A stretch of DNA of 64,000 nucleotides from an uncultured beta proteobacterium. GTDB taxonomy: Bacteria; Pseudomonadota; Gammaproteobacteria; Burkholderiales; Burkholderiaceae_C. Below are positions 30,938-41,499 of this stretch, in pieces; position 1 is the first letter of the stretch; the number at the start of each line of letters is the position of its first letter. The stretch is from assembly GCA_963738425.1 (NCBI GenBank), contig CAVTWT010000022.1, forward strand, positions 2,680 through 66,679, read 5' to 3'. Position numbers and translations under genes: made by a program. The notes below the pieces were generated by a model. That model did not search any database. It saw nothing but the letters and a program-made list of their open reading frames with translations, and was not told where the DNA came from.

Positions 30938-31830
30938 TTGCGCGGAGGCGCTGCCGGTGCGTCAGACGCCCCGCTGCGCATCGTGCGGAAGAAGTCGCTG
31001 CTCGGGTCGAGCACCATGATGTCGCTCTTGCTGCGGAAGCTTGCCCGGTAGGCTTCCAGGCTGCGATAAAACTGCGCGAACTGCGGATCGCGGCCGAAGG
31101 CATCGGCGTACAGCGCGGAGGCCTTGGCATCGCCCTCGCCCTTGACCTTCTGCGCATCCCGGTAGGCCTCGGCCACGATGACGCTGCGCTGGCGGTCGGC
31201 ATCGGCCTTGATCTTCTCGCCTTCGGCGTTGCCGGTGGCACGCAACTCGTTGGCGACCTGCTGACGCTCCGACTGCATGCGGCGATAAACCGCGTCGGAG
31301 ATGGCGGCGACGAAATCGACGCGCTTGATGCGCACATCGACGATCTCGATGCCAAAGGCCTTGGCATCTTCGAGCAGTCGAGATTTGACGTCAGTCATGA
31401 CCTTCTCGCGCTCCTTGGACAGCACATCGGTGACCGTGCGCTTGGTCACTTCCTCGTTGAAGGCAGCCTGGACCACCGGCGACAGACGTGTTTCCAGCAA
31501 GCGAAAGTCGGACCCGATGGTGCGGATGAACTGGCGGGAGTCGGCAATGCGCCACTTGACCAGCCAATCGACCACCAAGCTTTTCTTCTCGGCGGTGAAG
31601 ATAGCTGCGGTCTCTGCGCTGTCGAGCGTCTGGATGCGTCTGTCGAGAAAAACCACGTTCTGGAACGGAGGCGGCAGCTTCATCTTCAAGCCAGGCTCGC
31701 TGATGACTTCCTTGATTTCACCCAGTGCATAGACAACAGCGATCTGGCGCTGATCGACGACGAACAAGGTCGAGGCGGCGATCATCAACGCGAGAATCGC
31801 GGTGACGGCGATGAATGCGATGCGGCTCAT
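30934..31830 (-). CDS. hflC: protease modulator HflC
   Basis: 298 aa with an SPFH/band-7 domain and an N-terminal TM segment. It follows hflK. Confidence 0.95.
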   Translation of the reverse strand: MSRIAFIAVTAILALMIAASTLFVVDQRQIAVVYALGEIKEVISEPGLKMKLPPPFQNVVFLDRRIQTLDSAETAAIFTAEKKSLVVDWLVKWRIADSRQFIRTIGSDFRLLETRLSPVVQAAFNEEVTKRTVTDVLSKEREKVMTDVKSRLLEDAKAFGIEIVDVRIKRVDFVAAISDAVYRRMQSERQQVANELRATGNAEGEKIKADADRQRSVIVAEAYRDAQKVKGEGDAKASALYADAFGRDPQFAQFYRSLEAYRASFRSKSDIMVLDPSSDFFRTMRSGASDAPAAPPRK

Positions 31831-31842
31831 TGTTGTTCTTCC

Positions 31843-33138
31843 TCAACGGCTCTCGCGCTCGCGCGAGCGTGCGCCTTCGCGCGTGCGGGGGTCTGCACCG
31901 GCGGCTGGTTCAGAGGGCGGCACCACGGCAGTGGGCGCCGCCGCGGGCAACGGTGTCCCGGCTTGCTGCAACAACCGGTCCAGCGGCAGATACAGCAGGT
32001 TGGAGCCCGTGCGGCTTTCGACCATGACCTTGCTGACGTTTGTATAGACCGACTGCATCGTCTCCAGGTAGAGGCGATCGCGAGTCACGGCAGGCGCCTT
32101 CTGGTACTCGGCAAGCACCGAGCGGAAGCGCTGAGCATCACCTTCCGCCTGTGCAGTGACCGTCGCTCGGTGCGCTTCGGCTTCCTGCTTCAACCGCGCG
32201 GCGGTGCCCTGCGCCTTCGGGATCTCGTTGGCGGCATAGGCCTGCCCTTCGTTCTTCAGGCGGTCGCGGTCAGCGCCGGCCTTGAAAGCATCATCGAACG
32301 ACGCCTGCACCTGCTCCGGCACCTGCACGCTTTGCACGTTGACGTTGTCGACCAGGATGCCGGCATTCAGGCGGTTCAACTGGGCCTGAATGGACTTCAC
32401 CAGATCGGTGGCCAGCGCGGTGCGCTGCTCGTACAGCACAGCGTCGACATTGCTGCGGCCCACGACCTCGCGTACCGCCGTTTCGGCGGCCTGCCGCACC
32501 GCGTCGTCGGCGCGGAAGTTCTCGAACAGATAGGCCCGCGCATTGGCACGCCGGTACTGCACAGTGAAGCGGATGTCGATGATGTTCTCGTCCTGCGTCA
32601 GCATCGACGAGTCACGCAGGCCGGTGGCCTGGACCACCGAATTGCGGCCGACCTCGACCGACTGCAGCTGCGTCACCGACACCGTTTCGTGCGCCTGGAA
32701 CGGGTACGGCCAGCGGAACTGGATGCCCGCTTCCCGCGTGTTGGTGAAACGGCCGAAGGTGGTAACGACCGCCTGCTGCCCTTCCTGCACGATGAAGACG
32801 CCGCTGCCGAGCCAGACCAGCAGCGCGATGCCGGCGATCAGGCTCATGCCGATGCCGGCGCTTTTCATGTCGGGCTGGAAGTTGTTGCCGCCACCGCCAC
32901 CATTGCCGCCATCACGCGGCGGACGCTGGTTGCCACCGCCGCCCTTGCCGCCGAACAGGCCGGAGAGCTTGCGGTTGAAGTCGCGCCACAGCTCGTCCAG
33001 GTCGGGCGGGCCGTCGCCCTTGTTGAACAGGGGCAAGGCAGCGGCCATCAGGGCACGCGCGGCGCGGCCCACGGCAGTCAGGCGTTGGGCCAGCGGCGCG
33101 AGGGCGTCTGCTGCGGCGGTGTCGTATCGCGGGGTCAT
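31843..33138 (-). CDS. hflK: FtsH protease activity modulator HflK
   Basis: 431 aa with ...GPPDLDELWRDFNRKL..., a Gly-rich linker, a TM segment and an SPFH domain. ATG overlaps the hflX stop (ATGA). An alternative ATG lies at 33048. Confidence 0.93.
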   Translation of the reverse strand: MTPRYDTAAADALAPLAQRLTAVGRAARALMAAALPLFNKGDGPPDLDELWRDFNRKLSGLFGGKGGGGNQRPPRDGGNGGGGGNNFQPDMKSAGIGMSLIAGIALLVWLGSGVFIVQEGQQAVVTTFGRFTNTREAGIQFRWPYPFQAHETVSVTQLQSVEVGRNSVVQATGLRDSSMLTQDENIIDIRFTVQYRRANARAYLFENFRADDAVRQAAETAVREVVGRSNVDAVLYEQRTALATDLVKSIQAQLNRLNAGILVDNVNVQSVQVPEQVQASFDDAFKAGADRDRLKNEGQAYAANEIPKAQGTAARLKQEAEAHRATVTAQAEGDAQRFRSVLAEYQKAPAVTRDRLYLETMQSVYTNVSKVMVESRTGSNLLYLPLDRLLQQAGTPLPAAAPTAVVPPSEPAAGADPRTREGARSRERESR

Positions 33139-34346
33139 GCGGCTCCGTGCACGGGGTCGTGAGATGGCAAAGTCGAAAGTGTAGGCAATGCGGCGCCATT
33201 CAAGCGCGGGGCCAGGCGATCGGCAACAAGCTGCCGCAGGACATCGAGGCCACGGCCGTCTTTGGCGCTGACGAAGACGCGTGGCGTGACCACGCCGGGC
33301 GCGCGCTCGATGGCGTCGGCCAGCACGCGCGGCTGGGCGGCGGGCTCGATCAGATCGAGCTTGTTGAAGACCAGGATCTGCGGAATGCGCTCGGCGCCGA
33401 TCTCTTCGAGCACCCGCTCGACCTCGGCCATCTGCTCGCCGGCCTGCGGGCTGGCCGCATCGACGACGTGCAGCAGCACATCGGCATCAGTGGCTTCGTA
33501 CAAGGTGGCGCGAAAGGCGTCGACGAGCTTGTGCGGCAGGTCGCGGATGAAGCCGACCGTGTCGGACAAGACCACACTGCGCCCGGCTTCGGCCAGCCAC
33601 ATCTGGCGCGTCGTCGTGTCGAGCGTGGCGAAGAGCTGGTCGGCGGCCAGCGTGCGTGACTTGGTCAGCGCGTTGAACAACGACGACTTGCCCGCATTGG
33701 TGTAGCCGACCAGCGAGACGCGCAGCGCACCGCTTTTCTCGCGCGCGCGGCGCTGCGTCTGGTGCTGCTTCTTTACCTTCTCCAGGCGCGACTTCACCGT
33801 CTTGATGCGCTCGCCGATCATGCGGCGGTCCAATTCGATCTGCGCCTCGCCCGGGCCGCCACGCAGGCCGATGCCGCCGGTTTGCCGCTCCAGGTGCGTC
33901 CAGCGCCGCACCAGGCGGGTGGCCTGGTATTGCAGCCGCGCCAGCTCGACCTGCAACTTGCCTTCGTGGCTCTGCGCGCGCGCTGCGAAGATATCGAGGA
34001 TCAGCGCCGTGCGGTCGGCCACCGGCACGCCGAGGTGTTGTTCAAGGTTGCGCTGCTGCGCCGGCGACAAGGCCTGGTCAAAGATGACGCCGCGAGCCTG
34101 ATGCGTCTGCACGGCGGCCTTGATCTCGTCGGCCTTGCCGGAGCCGACGAACAGCGCCGCGTCTGGCGCCTTGCGCTTGGCGGTGATGCGCACCACCGGG
34201 TCGTCACCGGCCGATTGCGCCAGCAACGCCAGCTCATCGAGCGTCGGGTCGAACGACGAGCCCGGGCCGAAGTCCACCCCGACCAGTACGGCAGGCGTGG
34301 GCACGGCGCGCTCGGCGTCGAAACGGTGGTGTTGCTCGGAACTCAA
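33135..34346 (-). CDS. hflX: GTPase HflX
   Basis: Has the HflX N-domain and the G-domain motifs (...GYTNAGKSSLFNAL..., ...DTVGF..., ...NKLD...). The start is uncertain. The two in-frame ATGs (34490, 34430) lie inside hfq, so I placed it at TTG 34346, just after the hfq-hflX hairpin. GTG 34304 is an alternative. Confidence 0.85.
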   Translation of the reverse strand: MSSEQHHRFDAERAVPTPAVLVGVDFGPGSSFDPTLDELALLAQSAGDDPVVRITAKRKAPDAALFVGSGKADEIKAAVQTHQARGVIFDQALSPAQQRNLEQHLGVPVADRTALILDIFAARAQSHEGKLQVELARLQYQATRLVRRWTHLERQTGGIGLRGGPGEAQIELDRRMIGERIKTVKSRLEKVKKQHQTQRRAREKSGALRVSLVGYTNAGKSSLFNALTKSRTLAADQLFATLDTTTRQMWLAEAGRSVVLSDTVGFIRDLPHKLVDAFRATLYEATDADVLLHVVDAASPQAGEQMAEVERVLEEIGAERIPQILVFNKLDLIEPAAQPRVLADAIERAPGVVTPRVFVSAKDGRGLDVLRQLVADRLAPRLNGAALPTLSTLPSHDPVHGAA

Positions 34347-34368
34347 GAGGTGCGGTTCGACCGGCCTT

Positions 34369-34389
34369 GGGCCTGCACTGTGCAGGCCC
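34369..34389 (-). other. perfect palindrome gggcctgcac-a-gtgcaggccc between hfq and hflX
   Basis: 10-nt arms, 6 nt after the hfq stop, with no U-tract. Possibly an attenuator, processing site or RNA-stability hairpin. Confidence 0.5.
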
Positions 34390-34395
34390 GCGCGC

Positions 34396-34662
34396 TCAGT
34401 TGTTGTTGCCGCCGCCGGCGGCCGGAGCATCGCCCGGCTCGTTGGCGTGGAAGTTGACCGCACGGCCCGGTACGACCGTGGAGATGGCATGTTTGTAGAC
34501 CATCTGCGTCACGGTGTTGCGCAGCAAGACGACGTACTGATCGAAGGATTCGATCTGGCCCTGCAGCTTGATGCCGTTGACCAGGTAGATCGAAACCGGC
34601 ACATGCTCCTTGCGCAGCAGGTTCAGGAAGGGGTCTTGTAGGAGTTGCCCTTTGTTGCTCAC
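34396..34662 (-). CDS. hfq: RNA chaperone Hfq
   Basis: 88 aa with a GTG start, (M)[46 protein letters not shown]... Confidence 0.97.
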   Translation of the reverse strand: MSNKGQLLQDPFLNLLRKEHVPVSIYLVNGIKLQGQIESFDQYVVLLRNTVTQMVYKHAISTVVPGRAVNFHANEPGDAPAAGGGNNN

Positions 34663-34728
34663 GATATTGACTCCGTGTTGGATGACGGTTGGGACGTTAT
34701 CACAGCGCAGTGGCCGTGGATGACTCCC

Positions 34729-36072
34729 TTATGAACCCTTGTCGTCGAAAGGGTTCCGTGAGCTCTTCATCTCGACGCGCAAGGGCGTGCCGACGAGCTT
34801 GAAATGGTCACGGATGCGCCCTTCGAGGAAGCGTTTGTAGCTGTCGGTGACATGCTCCAGCGAGTTGCCATGCACGACCACGATCGGCGGATTCTGCCCA
34901 CCCTGGTGCGCGTAACGCAACTTGGGGCGGAAATGGCCGGCGCGCTGGGGCTGCTGGTGTTGCACCGCGTCCTGAACCAGCCGGGTCAGCACCGGCGTGC
35001 TCATCTTCACCAAGGCTGAGGCATGCGCCGCGCTGATGGCCTTCCACAGCGGTGCCAGGCCCTGGCGCTTGATTGCAGAAATCGGCAGCACTTCGGCATA
35101 GCGCAGGAACGGCAGGCGCTGCGCGATCTGGCGTTCCACGGTCTGCCGCTGGTAGCTGTCGATCGCGTCCCACTTGTTCACCGCCACGACCACCGCACGG
35201 CCGGCATCGACGATGTAGCCGGCGATGTGCGCATCCTGGTCGGCCACGCCTTGCGTGGCGTCGAGCAGCAGCACGACGACGTTGGCGTCCGAGATGGCCT
35301 GCAAGGTCTTCACCACCGAGAACTTCTCGATGGCTTCGAAGACCTTGCCCTTGCGGCGCAGGCCGGCGGTATCGATCAGGTCGAAGCGCTGGCCGTTGCG
35401 CTCGAAGGGCACGTGGATCGCGTCGCGTGTCGTGCCCGGCAGGTCGAACGCGACGAGGCGCTCTTCGCCGAGCCAGGTGTTGATCAGCGTGCTCTTGCCG
35501 ACATTGGGCCGGCCGGCCACGGCCAGGCGGATCGGCTTGTCAGGCCCGTCGCCGAAGATCTCTTCTTCGGGCTCGGCGACGTCGAGGCTGTCGAGCACCA
35601 CTTCCATCAGGCTGCGGATGCCCTGCCCGTGCGCAGCCGAGATTGCGATCGGCTCGCCGATGCCGAGCTCATGAAACTCGGCCAGCAACGGCGACTCGCT
35701 CATGCCCTCGGCCTTGTTGACGGCGAGGAAGACGCGCTTGTTGGCGCTGCGCAGGTAGCGCGCGATGTCATGGTCCTGGCCCGACACCCCCGAGCGCACG
35801 TCGACGACGAAGATCACGGCGTCCGCTTCGGCCACGGCCTGCTTGGTCTGCTTGGCCATCTCGGCGACGACGCCGCTCGGCTTCTCGGGCTCGAAGCCCC
35901 CCGTGTCGATGACGATGAACTCGCGCGCGCCGAGGTTGCCGTCGCCGTAGTGGCGGTCGCGCGTCAAGCCGGCGAAGTCAGCAACGATCGCGTCGCGGCT
36001 CTTGGTCAGGCGGTTGAACAGCGTCGATTTGCCGACGTTGGGCCGGCCAACGAGGGCGATGACCGGCTTCAT
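34729..36072 (-). CDS. der: ribosome biogenesis GTPase Der (EngA)
   Basis: 447 aa with two tandem G domains ([12 protein letters not shown] twice) and a KH-like C-terminus. Confidence 0.96.
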   Translation of the reverse strand: MKPVIALVGRPNVGKSTLFNRLTKSRDAIVADFAGLTRDRHYGDGNLGAREFIVIDTGGFEPEKPSGVVAEMAKQTKQAVAEADAVIFVVDVRSGVSGQDHDIARYLRSANKRVFLAVNKAEGMSESPLLAEFHELGIGEPIAISAAHGQGIRSLMEVVLDSLDVAEPEEEIFGDGPDKPIRLAVAGRPNVGKSTLINTWLGEERLVAFDLPGTTRDAIHVPFERNGQRFDLIDTAGLRRKGKVFEAIEKFSVVKTLQAISDANVVVLLLDATQGVADQDAHIAGYIVDAGRAVVVAVNKWDAIDSYQRQTVERQIAQRLPFLRYAEVLPISAIKRQGLAPLWKAISAAHASALVKMSTPVLTRLVQDAVQHQQPQRAGHFRPKLRYAHQGGQNPPIVVVHGNSLEHVTDSYKRFLEGRIRDHFKLVGTPLRVEMKSSRNPFDDKGS

Positions 36073-36078
36073 CGAGGA

Positions 36079-37194
36079 CTATTCCGGCCTGAAGGCGAAA
36101 AGACCGCCTTTTTTGGTCGTCACGAGCACGGTGGTGCCCAGCACGACCGGCGCGCCGATGACCTGCGAGCCATCGGTCGGCAGGCGCAGCAGCGTCTTGC
36201 CATTGCTGCGGTCGAGGAAATGCACCTGGCCTTCGAAGTCACCGACGATCACGGTGCGTCCGACCACCAGGAGCCCCGAGAGATCGCGGTGCAGCAGCTG
36301 TTCCGCCGTCCAGGCAAGATCGCCGTTGGCGGCGCGCCAGGCGGTGATGCGGCCGCTGCCGTCGGCGCTGGCCACGAGTTCGGCATCGGCGCCGATGGCC
36401 TGTGCGCCGCCGATGTTCTTCGTCCACAGCAAAGTGCCGCTCTGTGCGTTCGCGCAACCCACTGCCGACTGGAAGGCGCGGGCGCAGACCACGTCACCGG
36501 CACGGGCCACCGGTCCGACGAGATCGGCCACGCGCTCGACCTCGTTGGTACCGCGCGGGTTGGCCAGTGCCACTTCCCAGCGCACGGTGCCCTTCAGCGG
36601 ATCGATGCCCGCCAATCGTTGGCCCTGACCGACCAGCAGCGTGTCCTTGAAGGCGCTGACGACGCCGGGCTGCGACAGCGTCAGCGGCTCACCGGCGCGC
36701 CGCAAGTCCCACAGGTAGCGGCCGTCCTGAACGTCATAGGCCCGCACCGCGCGGTCCACACCCATCACGAACACACGCTCACCGGCCACCAGCGGCGCGG
36801 TGGCAACGAGCGAGCCGAGGCGCGTGCGCCACTTCACGGCGCCTTTGTCGAGCACCACCAGTTCGTTGTCGCGCGTGACCACGGCAGCGTAGCGGCCGTC
36901 GCTGCCGACACCGGCCGACAGGCGCGCACCGGCGTTGCCGCGCCACAGCTCCTTGCCGTTGTCCTTGGCCAAGGCGACGATGGTGCCGTCCCCTCCAGCA
37001 ACGATGAAGGCGTCGTCCTTGACCGAGGGCATCAGCACGAACGGCGTGGCATCGACTCGCGCATCCCACACGGAACGGCCGGCAATCGCTGGCGTGATCG
37101 ACTCCAGCGGCGTTGGCTTGGGCTTGTCGCTCGAGCAACCGGCCAGCGCGGCGCACAGACCGAGCGACCAGGCGGCCATGCGCAGCCGACTCAC
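36079..37194 (-). CDS. bamB: outer membrane protein assembly factor BamB
   Basis: 371 aa with lipobox LAGCSS and a PQQ-like beta-propeller. A GTG start overlaps the yfgM stop; ATG 37179 is an alternative. Confidence 0.92.
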   Translation of the reverse strand: MSRLRMAAWSLGLCAALAGCSSDKPKPTPLESITPAIAGRSVWDARVDATPFVLMPSVKDDAFIVAGGDGTIVALAKDNGKELWRGNAGARLSAGVGSDGRYAAVVTRDNELVVLDKGAVKWRTRLGSLVATAPLVAGERVFVMGVDRAVRAYDVQDGRYLWDLRRAGEPLTLSQPGVVSAFKDTLLVGQGQRLAGIDPLKGTVRWEVALANPRGTNEVERVADLVGPVARAGDVVCARAFQSAVGCANAQSGTLLWTKNIGGAQAIGADAELVASADGSGRITAWRAANGDLAWTAEQLLHRDLSGLLVVGRTVIVGDFEGQVHFLDRSNGKTLLRLPTDGSQVIGAPVVLGTTVLVTTKKGGLFAFRPE

Positions 37195-37892
37195 TTGGCC
37201 GCCCCGCTGGACGTGACGGCCGTGATGGCCGCGGTCTCGGGCGCCGGCGCCGCGCCGAGCGACGTCAGCTTGGCTTCGACGAGGGTGCGGTACTCGGTCT
37301 TGGCATCCATCGCCTTGTACGCCGCTTGGTAGGCCGTCACTGCTTCAGCGCGCTTGCCTTGCGCAGCAAGGATGTCACCACGGCGGTCTGCGATCAGCGC
37401 ATCGAACTCACGCGGCTTGCCTTGCTGTGCGGCATCGAGCTGCTTCAAGGCTTCGTCGAACTTCTTCTGGTCGAGCAACAGGCCGGCGGCGCGCAGACGC
37501 GCGATGCTGCGCAGCTCGTCTTCGCCGGCGTTCTCGGCCACCCAACCCAGCGTGGCCAGCGCGGCGTCGGCCTGGCCCTTGTCGGCCTGCACCTTGGCTG
37601 CCAGCAGCGCACCTTGCTGCGTTTGCAGCGTGCGTGGGAAGCGCTCTTTCAGGTCACCGAAGGCGCGCGCTGTTTTGTCCACGTCGCCGCTGGCCGCCAT
37701 GCGGTCGAGTTCGTCGTACAGCGCCCCGGCCTTCACGCCCTGCTCGCGCTGCCACCACTGCCAGACGTTCCAGCCGGCAAAGCCGGCGAGCGCCAAAGTC
37801 ACGGTCCAGGTGATCAGGTTGCCGTACTGATTCCAGAACGATTTGATTTGATCGAGTTGTTCCTGCTCTTGCAGGTCGAGAGGGGATGCCAT
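37191..37892 (-). CDS. yfgM: YfgM-family TPR membrane protein (ancillary SecYEG-associated)
   Basis: 233 aa with an N-terminal TM anchor and a TPR-like body. The hisS-yfgM-bamB-der order is conserved. Confidence 0.8.
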   Translation of the reverse strand: MASPLDLQEQEQLDQIKSFWNQYGNLITWTVTLALAGFAGWNVWQWWQREQGVKAGALYDELDRMAASGDVDKTARAFGDLKERFPRTLQTQQGALLAAKVQADKGQADAALATLGWVAENAGEDELRSIARLRAAGLLLDQKKFDEALKQLDAAQQGKPREFDALIADRRGDILAAQGKRAEAVTAYQAAYKAMDAKTEYRTLVEAKLTSLGAAPAPETAAITAVTSSGAAK

Positions 37893-37919
37893 GAGGTGCT
37901 TGCGAATGCGAAGGTCGAA

Positions 37920-39206
37920 TTATGCGATGCGCAACTCGCGCGCCCAAGAGGCGGCCTCAGCGAGCGCACGCGTGAACTGCGCGGCGCCCTCGCCCGCGCG
38001 CAATGGCTTGATCGCCACCTGCCCCGCTGCCAGCTCGTCGGCACCGAAGATCAACGCGAACGCTGCACCACTGGCATCGGCGCGCTTGAACTGCGATTTC
38101 ATCGAGCCACCGCCGGCATGCATCAGCACAGCGACGCCAGCCGCGCGCAGTGCGTCGAGCACGGGCATGGCGATCGGCAAGGCCTGCGCGTCGGGGATCA
38201 GCGCGTAGGCGTCTGGCGCAGTTGCAGTAGGCGCGATCCCGGCCGCTTCGAGCATCAGCATCAGCCGCTCCATGCCGAGACCGAAGCCGATGCCCGGTGC
38301 CGGCTTGCCGCCCAGTGTCTCGATCAGCTGGTCGTAGCGGCCGCCGCCGCAGACCGTGGCCTGCGCGCCGAGCAGCGGGCTTGTCCATTCGAAGACGGTC
38401 AGGTTGTAGTAGTCCATGCCGCGCACCAGGCGCGGGTTGACCGTGTAGGCCAAGCCCGCAGCATCGAGCACGGCGCGGACGGCGCTGAAGTGCGCGAGCG
38501 ATTCGGCACCGAGAAAGTCCATCAGCCTGGGCGCCGCGGTCACCACCGGGGCCATCGCCGGGTTCTTCGTGTCGAGGATGCGCAGCGGGTTGCTGTGCAG
38601 GCGGCGCCGGCCGTCGTCGTCGAGCTTGTCGGCATGGGCTTCGAAGTGCCCGATCAAGGCTGCACGGTGCGCCTTGCGCTCGTCGGATTGACCCAGGCTG
38701 TTGAGCTCGAGCACGACGTGCTGTCCTTCGATCAGGCCCAGCTCGCGCCAGAACGCGCGCAGCATCAGGATAATCTCGGCATCGACATCCGGTCCGGCGT
38801 GGCCGAGGGCTTCGACGTCGAGTTGGTGAAACTGCCGCGTGCGGCCCTTCTGCGGACGCTCGTGACGAAACATCGGCCCCATCTGCCAGATGCGCAGCGG
38901 CCCGTTGTAAAGCGCGTTGTGCTCGACCATCGCACGCACGATGCCGGCGGTGGCCTCCGGCCGCAGCGTCAGTCGGTCGCCGTTCATCGCGTCTTGCCAG
39001 GAGAACATCTCCTTCTCGACGATGTCGGTCACTTCGCCCAGGCCGCGCACGAACAGCGCCGTCGGCTCGACGATCGGCGTGCGCAGGTTGCGGTAGCCCC
39101 AGCGCGCGAGCAGGCTGCGCGCTTTGTCTTCGACCCACTCCCACTTCGCCGCCTCGTCGGGCAGCAGGTCGTTCATGCCTTTGACGGCGGTGATCTTCTC
39201 AACCAT
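37920..39206 (-). CDS. hisS: histidine--tRNA ligase
   Basis: 428 aa with class II aaRS motifs (...[17 protein letters not shown]...) and an anticodon-binding C-terminus. Confidence 0.96.
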   Translation of the reverse strand: MVEKITAVKGMNDLLPDEAAKWEWVEDKARSLLARWGYRNLRTPIVEPTALFVRGLGEVTDIVEKEMFSWQDAMNGDRLTLRPEATAGIVRAMVEHNALYNGPLRIWQMGPMFRHERPQKGRTRQFHQLDVEALGHAGPDVDAEIILMLRAFWRELGLIEGQHVVLELNSLGQSDERKAHRAALIGHFEAHADKLDDDGRRRLHSNPLRILDTKNPAMAPVVTAAPRLMDFLGAESLAHFSAVRAVLDAAGLAYTVNPRLVRGMDYYNLTVFEWTSPLLGAQATVCGGGRYDQLIETLGGKPAPGIGFGLGMERLMLMLEAAGIAPTATAPDAYALIPDAQALPIAMPVLDALRAAGVAVLMHAGGGSMKSQFKRADASGAAFALIFGADELAAGQVAIKPLRAGEGAAQFTRALAEAASWARELRIA

Positions 39207-39237
39207 GTGTGTTTGCCGCGCGCCTGCTGGCGCGGAT

Positions 39238-40518
39238 TCAATGCGAAGCGGCGACGGCCTGGCCGAAGCGCTTCTCGATGTAGTTCTCGACGATCTGGTG
39301 GAACTCTTGCGCGATGCCTTCGCCGCGCAGCGTCATCGCCTTCTGTCCGTCGATGAACACCGGGGCGGCAGGCGCCTCGCCAGTGCCCGGCAGGCTGATG
39401 CCGATGTCGGCATGTTTGCTCTCACCCGGGCCGTTGACGATGCAGCCCATCACCGCGACCTTCATGTTCTCGACACCGGGGTACTTGGCTTTCCACACCG
39501 GCATCTGCGCGCGCAGGAAGTCGTCGATCTGCTTGGCCAGTTCCTGGAACGTCGTGCTCGTCGTGCGGCCGCAGCCCGGACAGGCGGTCACGCTCGGATT
39601 GAACGAGCGCAGGCCTAGCGACTGCAGCACTTCGAGCGCCACCGCCACTTCCTGTGTGCGCGCTTCACCGGGTTGCGGCGTCAGGCTGACGCGGATGGTG
39701 TCGCCGATGCCTTCCTGCAGCAGCACGCCGAGTGCCGTCGCCGAGGCCACCGTGCCCTTGGTGCCCATGCCGGCTTCGGTGAGCCCCAGATGAAGCGCGT
39801 AGTCGCAGCGCGCGGCCAGCGCGCGATATACCGAGATCAGGTCCTGCACGCCGCTGACCTTGCAGCTGATGATGAGCTGGTCCGGATTCATGCCGAGCTC
39901 GCGCGCGTACGTGGCCGAGTCGAGCGCCGAGGTGACGAGCGCCTGCACCATCACCTGTTTCGCGTCCCAGGGCTCGGCGCGTTTCGCGTTCTCGTCCATC
40001 AGATCGACCAGCAGTTCCTGATCGAGGCTGCCCCAGTTGACGCCGATGCGCACGCACTTGTCGTGCTTGACCGCAGCCTCGATCATCATCGCGAACTGCT
40101 TGTCTTTCTTGTCACCCTTGCCGACGTTGCCTGGGTTGATGCGGTACTTCGACAGTGCCCGCGCCATCGCCGGAAAGTCGGTGAGCAGGCGGTGGCCGTT
40201 GTAGTGAAAGTCGCCGATCAGCGGCACGTCGATGCCCATGCGGTCGAGTTGCTCGCGGATGAACGGCACCTGCTCGGCCGCTTCGGGTGTGTTGACCGTG
40301 ATGCGCACCAGTTCGCTACCGGCGATGGCCAGTTCCTTGACCTGGATCGCGGTGCCGATCGCATCGACGGTGTCGGTGTTGGTCATCGACTGCACCCGAA
40401 CCGGCGCATCGCCGCCGACCGTGACGACGCGATCGCCCCAGACCACGCGCGCCTGGCGCGAGCGCCGCTGCGCCGGTTGCGCGAGAACGAGCGAGCTGAA
40501 GTCGTGCTGCGTGGTCAT
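39238..40518 (-). CDS. ispG: 4-hydroxy-3-methylbut-2-en-1-yl diphosphate synthase (flavodoxin)
   Basis: Has the IspG TIM-barrel and the 4Fe-4S motif ...[10 protein letters not shown]... The start is taken at ATG 40518 (MTTQHDF...), immediately after repeat copy C. Confidence 0.95.
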   Translation of the reverse strand: MTTQHDFSSLVLAQPAQRRSRQARVVWGDRVVTVGGDAPVRVQSMTNTDTVDAIGTAIQVKELAIAGSELVRITVNTPEAAEQVPFIREQLDRMGIDVPLIGDFHYNGHRLLTDFPAMARALSKYRINPGNVGKGDKKDKQFAMMIEAAVKHDKCVRIGVNWGSLDQELLVDLMDENAKRAEPWDAKQVMVQALVTSALDSATYARELGMNPDQLIISCKVSGVQDLISVYRALAARCDYALHLGLTEAGMGTKGTVASATALGVLLQEGIGDTIRVSLTPQPGEARTQEVAVALEVLQSLGLRSFNPSVTACPGCGRTTSTTFQELAKQIDDFLRAQMPVWKAKYPGVENMKVAVMGCIVNGPGESKHADIGISLPGTGEAPAAPVFIDGQKAMTLRGEGIAQEFHQIVENYIEKRFGQAVAASH

Positions 40519-40600
40519 CTCAGTGCCGCCCGGCCGCTCCGAAGGCACTGAGCGCCCCCTCGGGGGGCAGTGAACGAAGTGAGCGTGGGGGTTTCACTTC
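40519..40600. repeat. structured REP-like intergenic repeat, copy C (best-preserved)
   Basis: ctcagtgccgcccggccgctccgaaggcactgagcgCCCCCTCGGGGGGcagtgaaCGAAGTGAgcgtgggggttTCACTTCagc. Three hairpins can be drawn: 9 bp, 5-6 bp and 7 bp. Confidence 0.85.
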
Positions 40601-40608
40601 AGCTCGCC

Positions 40609-41499
40609 TCAGTTCAACTGCAAGCGGGCCACGTTGCCCTCGGTGTTGGCCTTCAAGTCGACCAGCTGGCCGCGGAACGTGACCTGCGTATTGGTGGCGT
40701 TGCCGATCGTCAATCGCAATGGCACCTCACCGTCGAGGCCCAGCGATTCTCCAGGCGCGACCTTGCGCGACAGCAGCGTCTGGCCACGCGCATCCTGCAC
40801 TTCGACCCAGGTTTCGCCCACCGCTTTCAAGCCCAGCAGCGCGGAGCCCGCAGGCAGCGTGACCGCGGGCGTTGCGGTTGCCGGCGTCTCCACGGCAGCC
40901 GGTGCACCCAGGCTCGTCGCGGTGACGGTGCCGCTGGTCAGCGGCACCGTTGGCAGCACGTCGACGACACCCGACGCGGGTACTGCAGGCGGCAAGGCCG
41001 AGACCGGACTCGATGCCGCTGCGGCCGAAGCGCTGGGAGACACGGGGGCCAAGCCACGCAGTCGATCGAGGTAGCGGCTCGGAGCGAACGCCAGCACCGC
41101 GGCGGCGATCAGCACCAGCAACGTGCCCCAGACCACGGGCCGGCCGATCCAGCTCCAGTCGGCGGGATCATCGCGCCCTGGACGCTCGCGAAACGGCGCG
41201 TTCAGTCCATTGCTGACATGCTGCAGCTTCGGCGCCGCGCCGGGCACTTGCGGCAGGCGCTCGAGCACCGGCTGCGCGTCGATCTTCAGTGTGCGGCAGA
41301 TCGTTTGCGCCAGCGCGCGGGTGAAGGTCAGATCGAGCAGCTCTTCGTAGCGGTCGCTCTCCAACGCTTCCAGCTTGCGCTGCGGCACCTTGATCGAAGC
41401 TGCGAGCGCGGCGATGTGCAGGCCGCGTTTCTCGCGCGCAGCCTTGAGCATCGCACCGGCCGTCGAGGTGGCAGCACCGTTGTCGATCGGTTCAGTCAT
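40609..41499 (-). CDS. rodZ: cytoskeleton protein RodZ (HTH + TM + DUF4115)
   Basis: ATG 41499 gives MTEPIDNG...GAMLKAAREKRGLHIAALAASIKVP... (HTH), one TM segment, an A/P/S-rich linker and a C-terminal DUF4115-like domain. It overlaps the pilW stop by 8 nt. Confidence 0.85.
   Translation of the reverse strand: MTEPIDNGAATSTAGAMLKAAREKRGLHIAALAASIKVPQRKLEALESDRYEELLDLTFTRALAQTICRTLKIDAQPVLERLPQVPGAAPKLQHVSNGLNAPFRERPGRDDPADWSWIGRPVVWGTLLVLIAAAVLAFAPSRYLDRLRGLAPVSPSASAAAASSPVSALPPAVPASGVVDVLPTVPLTSGTVTATSLGAPAAVETPATATPAVTLPAGSALLGLKAVGETWVEVQDARGQTLLSRKVAPGESLGLDGEVPLRLTIGNATNTQVTFRGQLVDLKANTEGNVARLQLN

Noticed and set aside
35023-37332. 769-aa plus-strand ORF
   Set aside because: Antisense to der and bamB, both clearly real. 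A shadow ORF.
37113-39356. 747-aa plus-strand ORF
   Set aside because: Antisense to yfgM and hisS. A shadow ORF with no recognisable domains.
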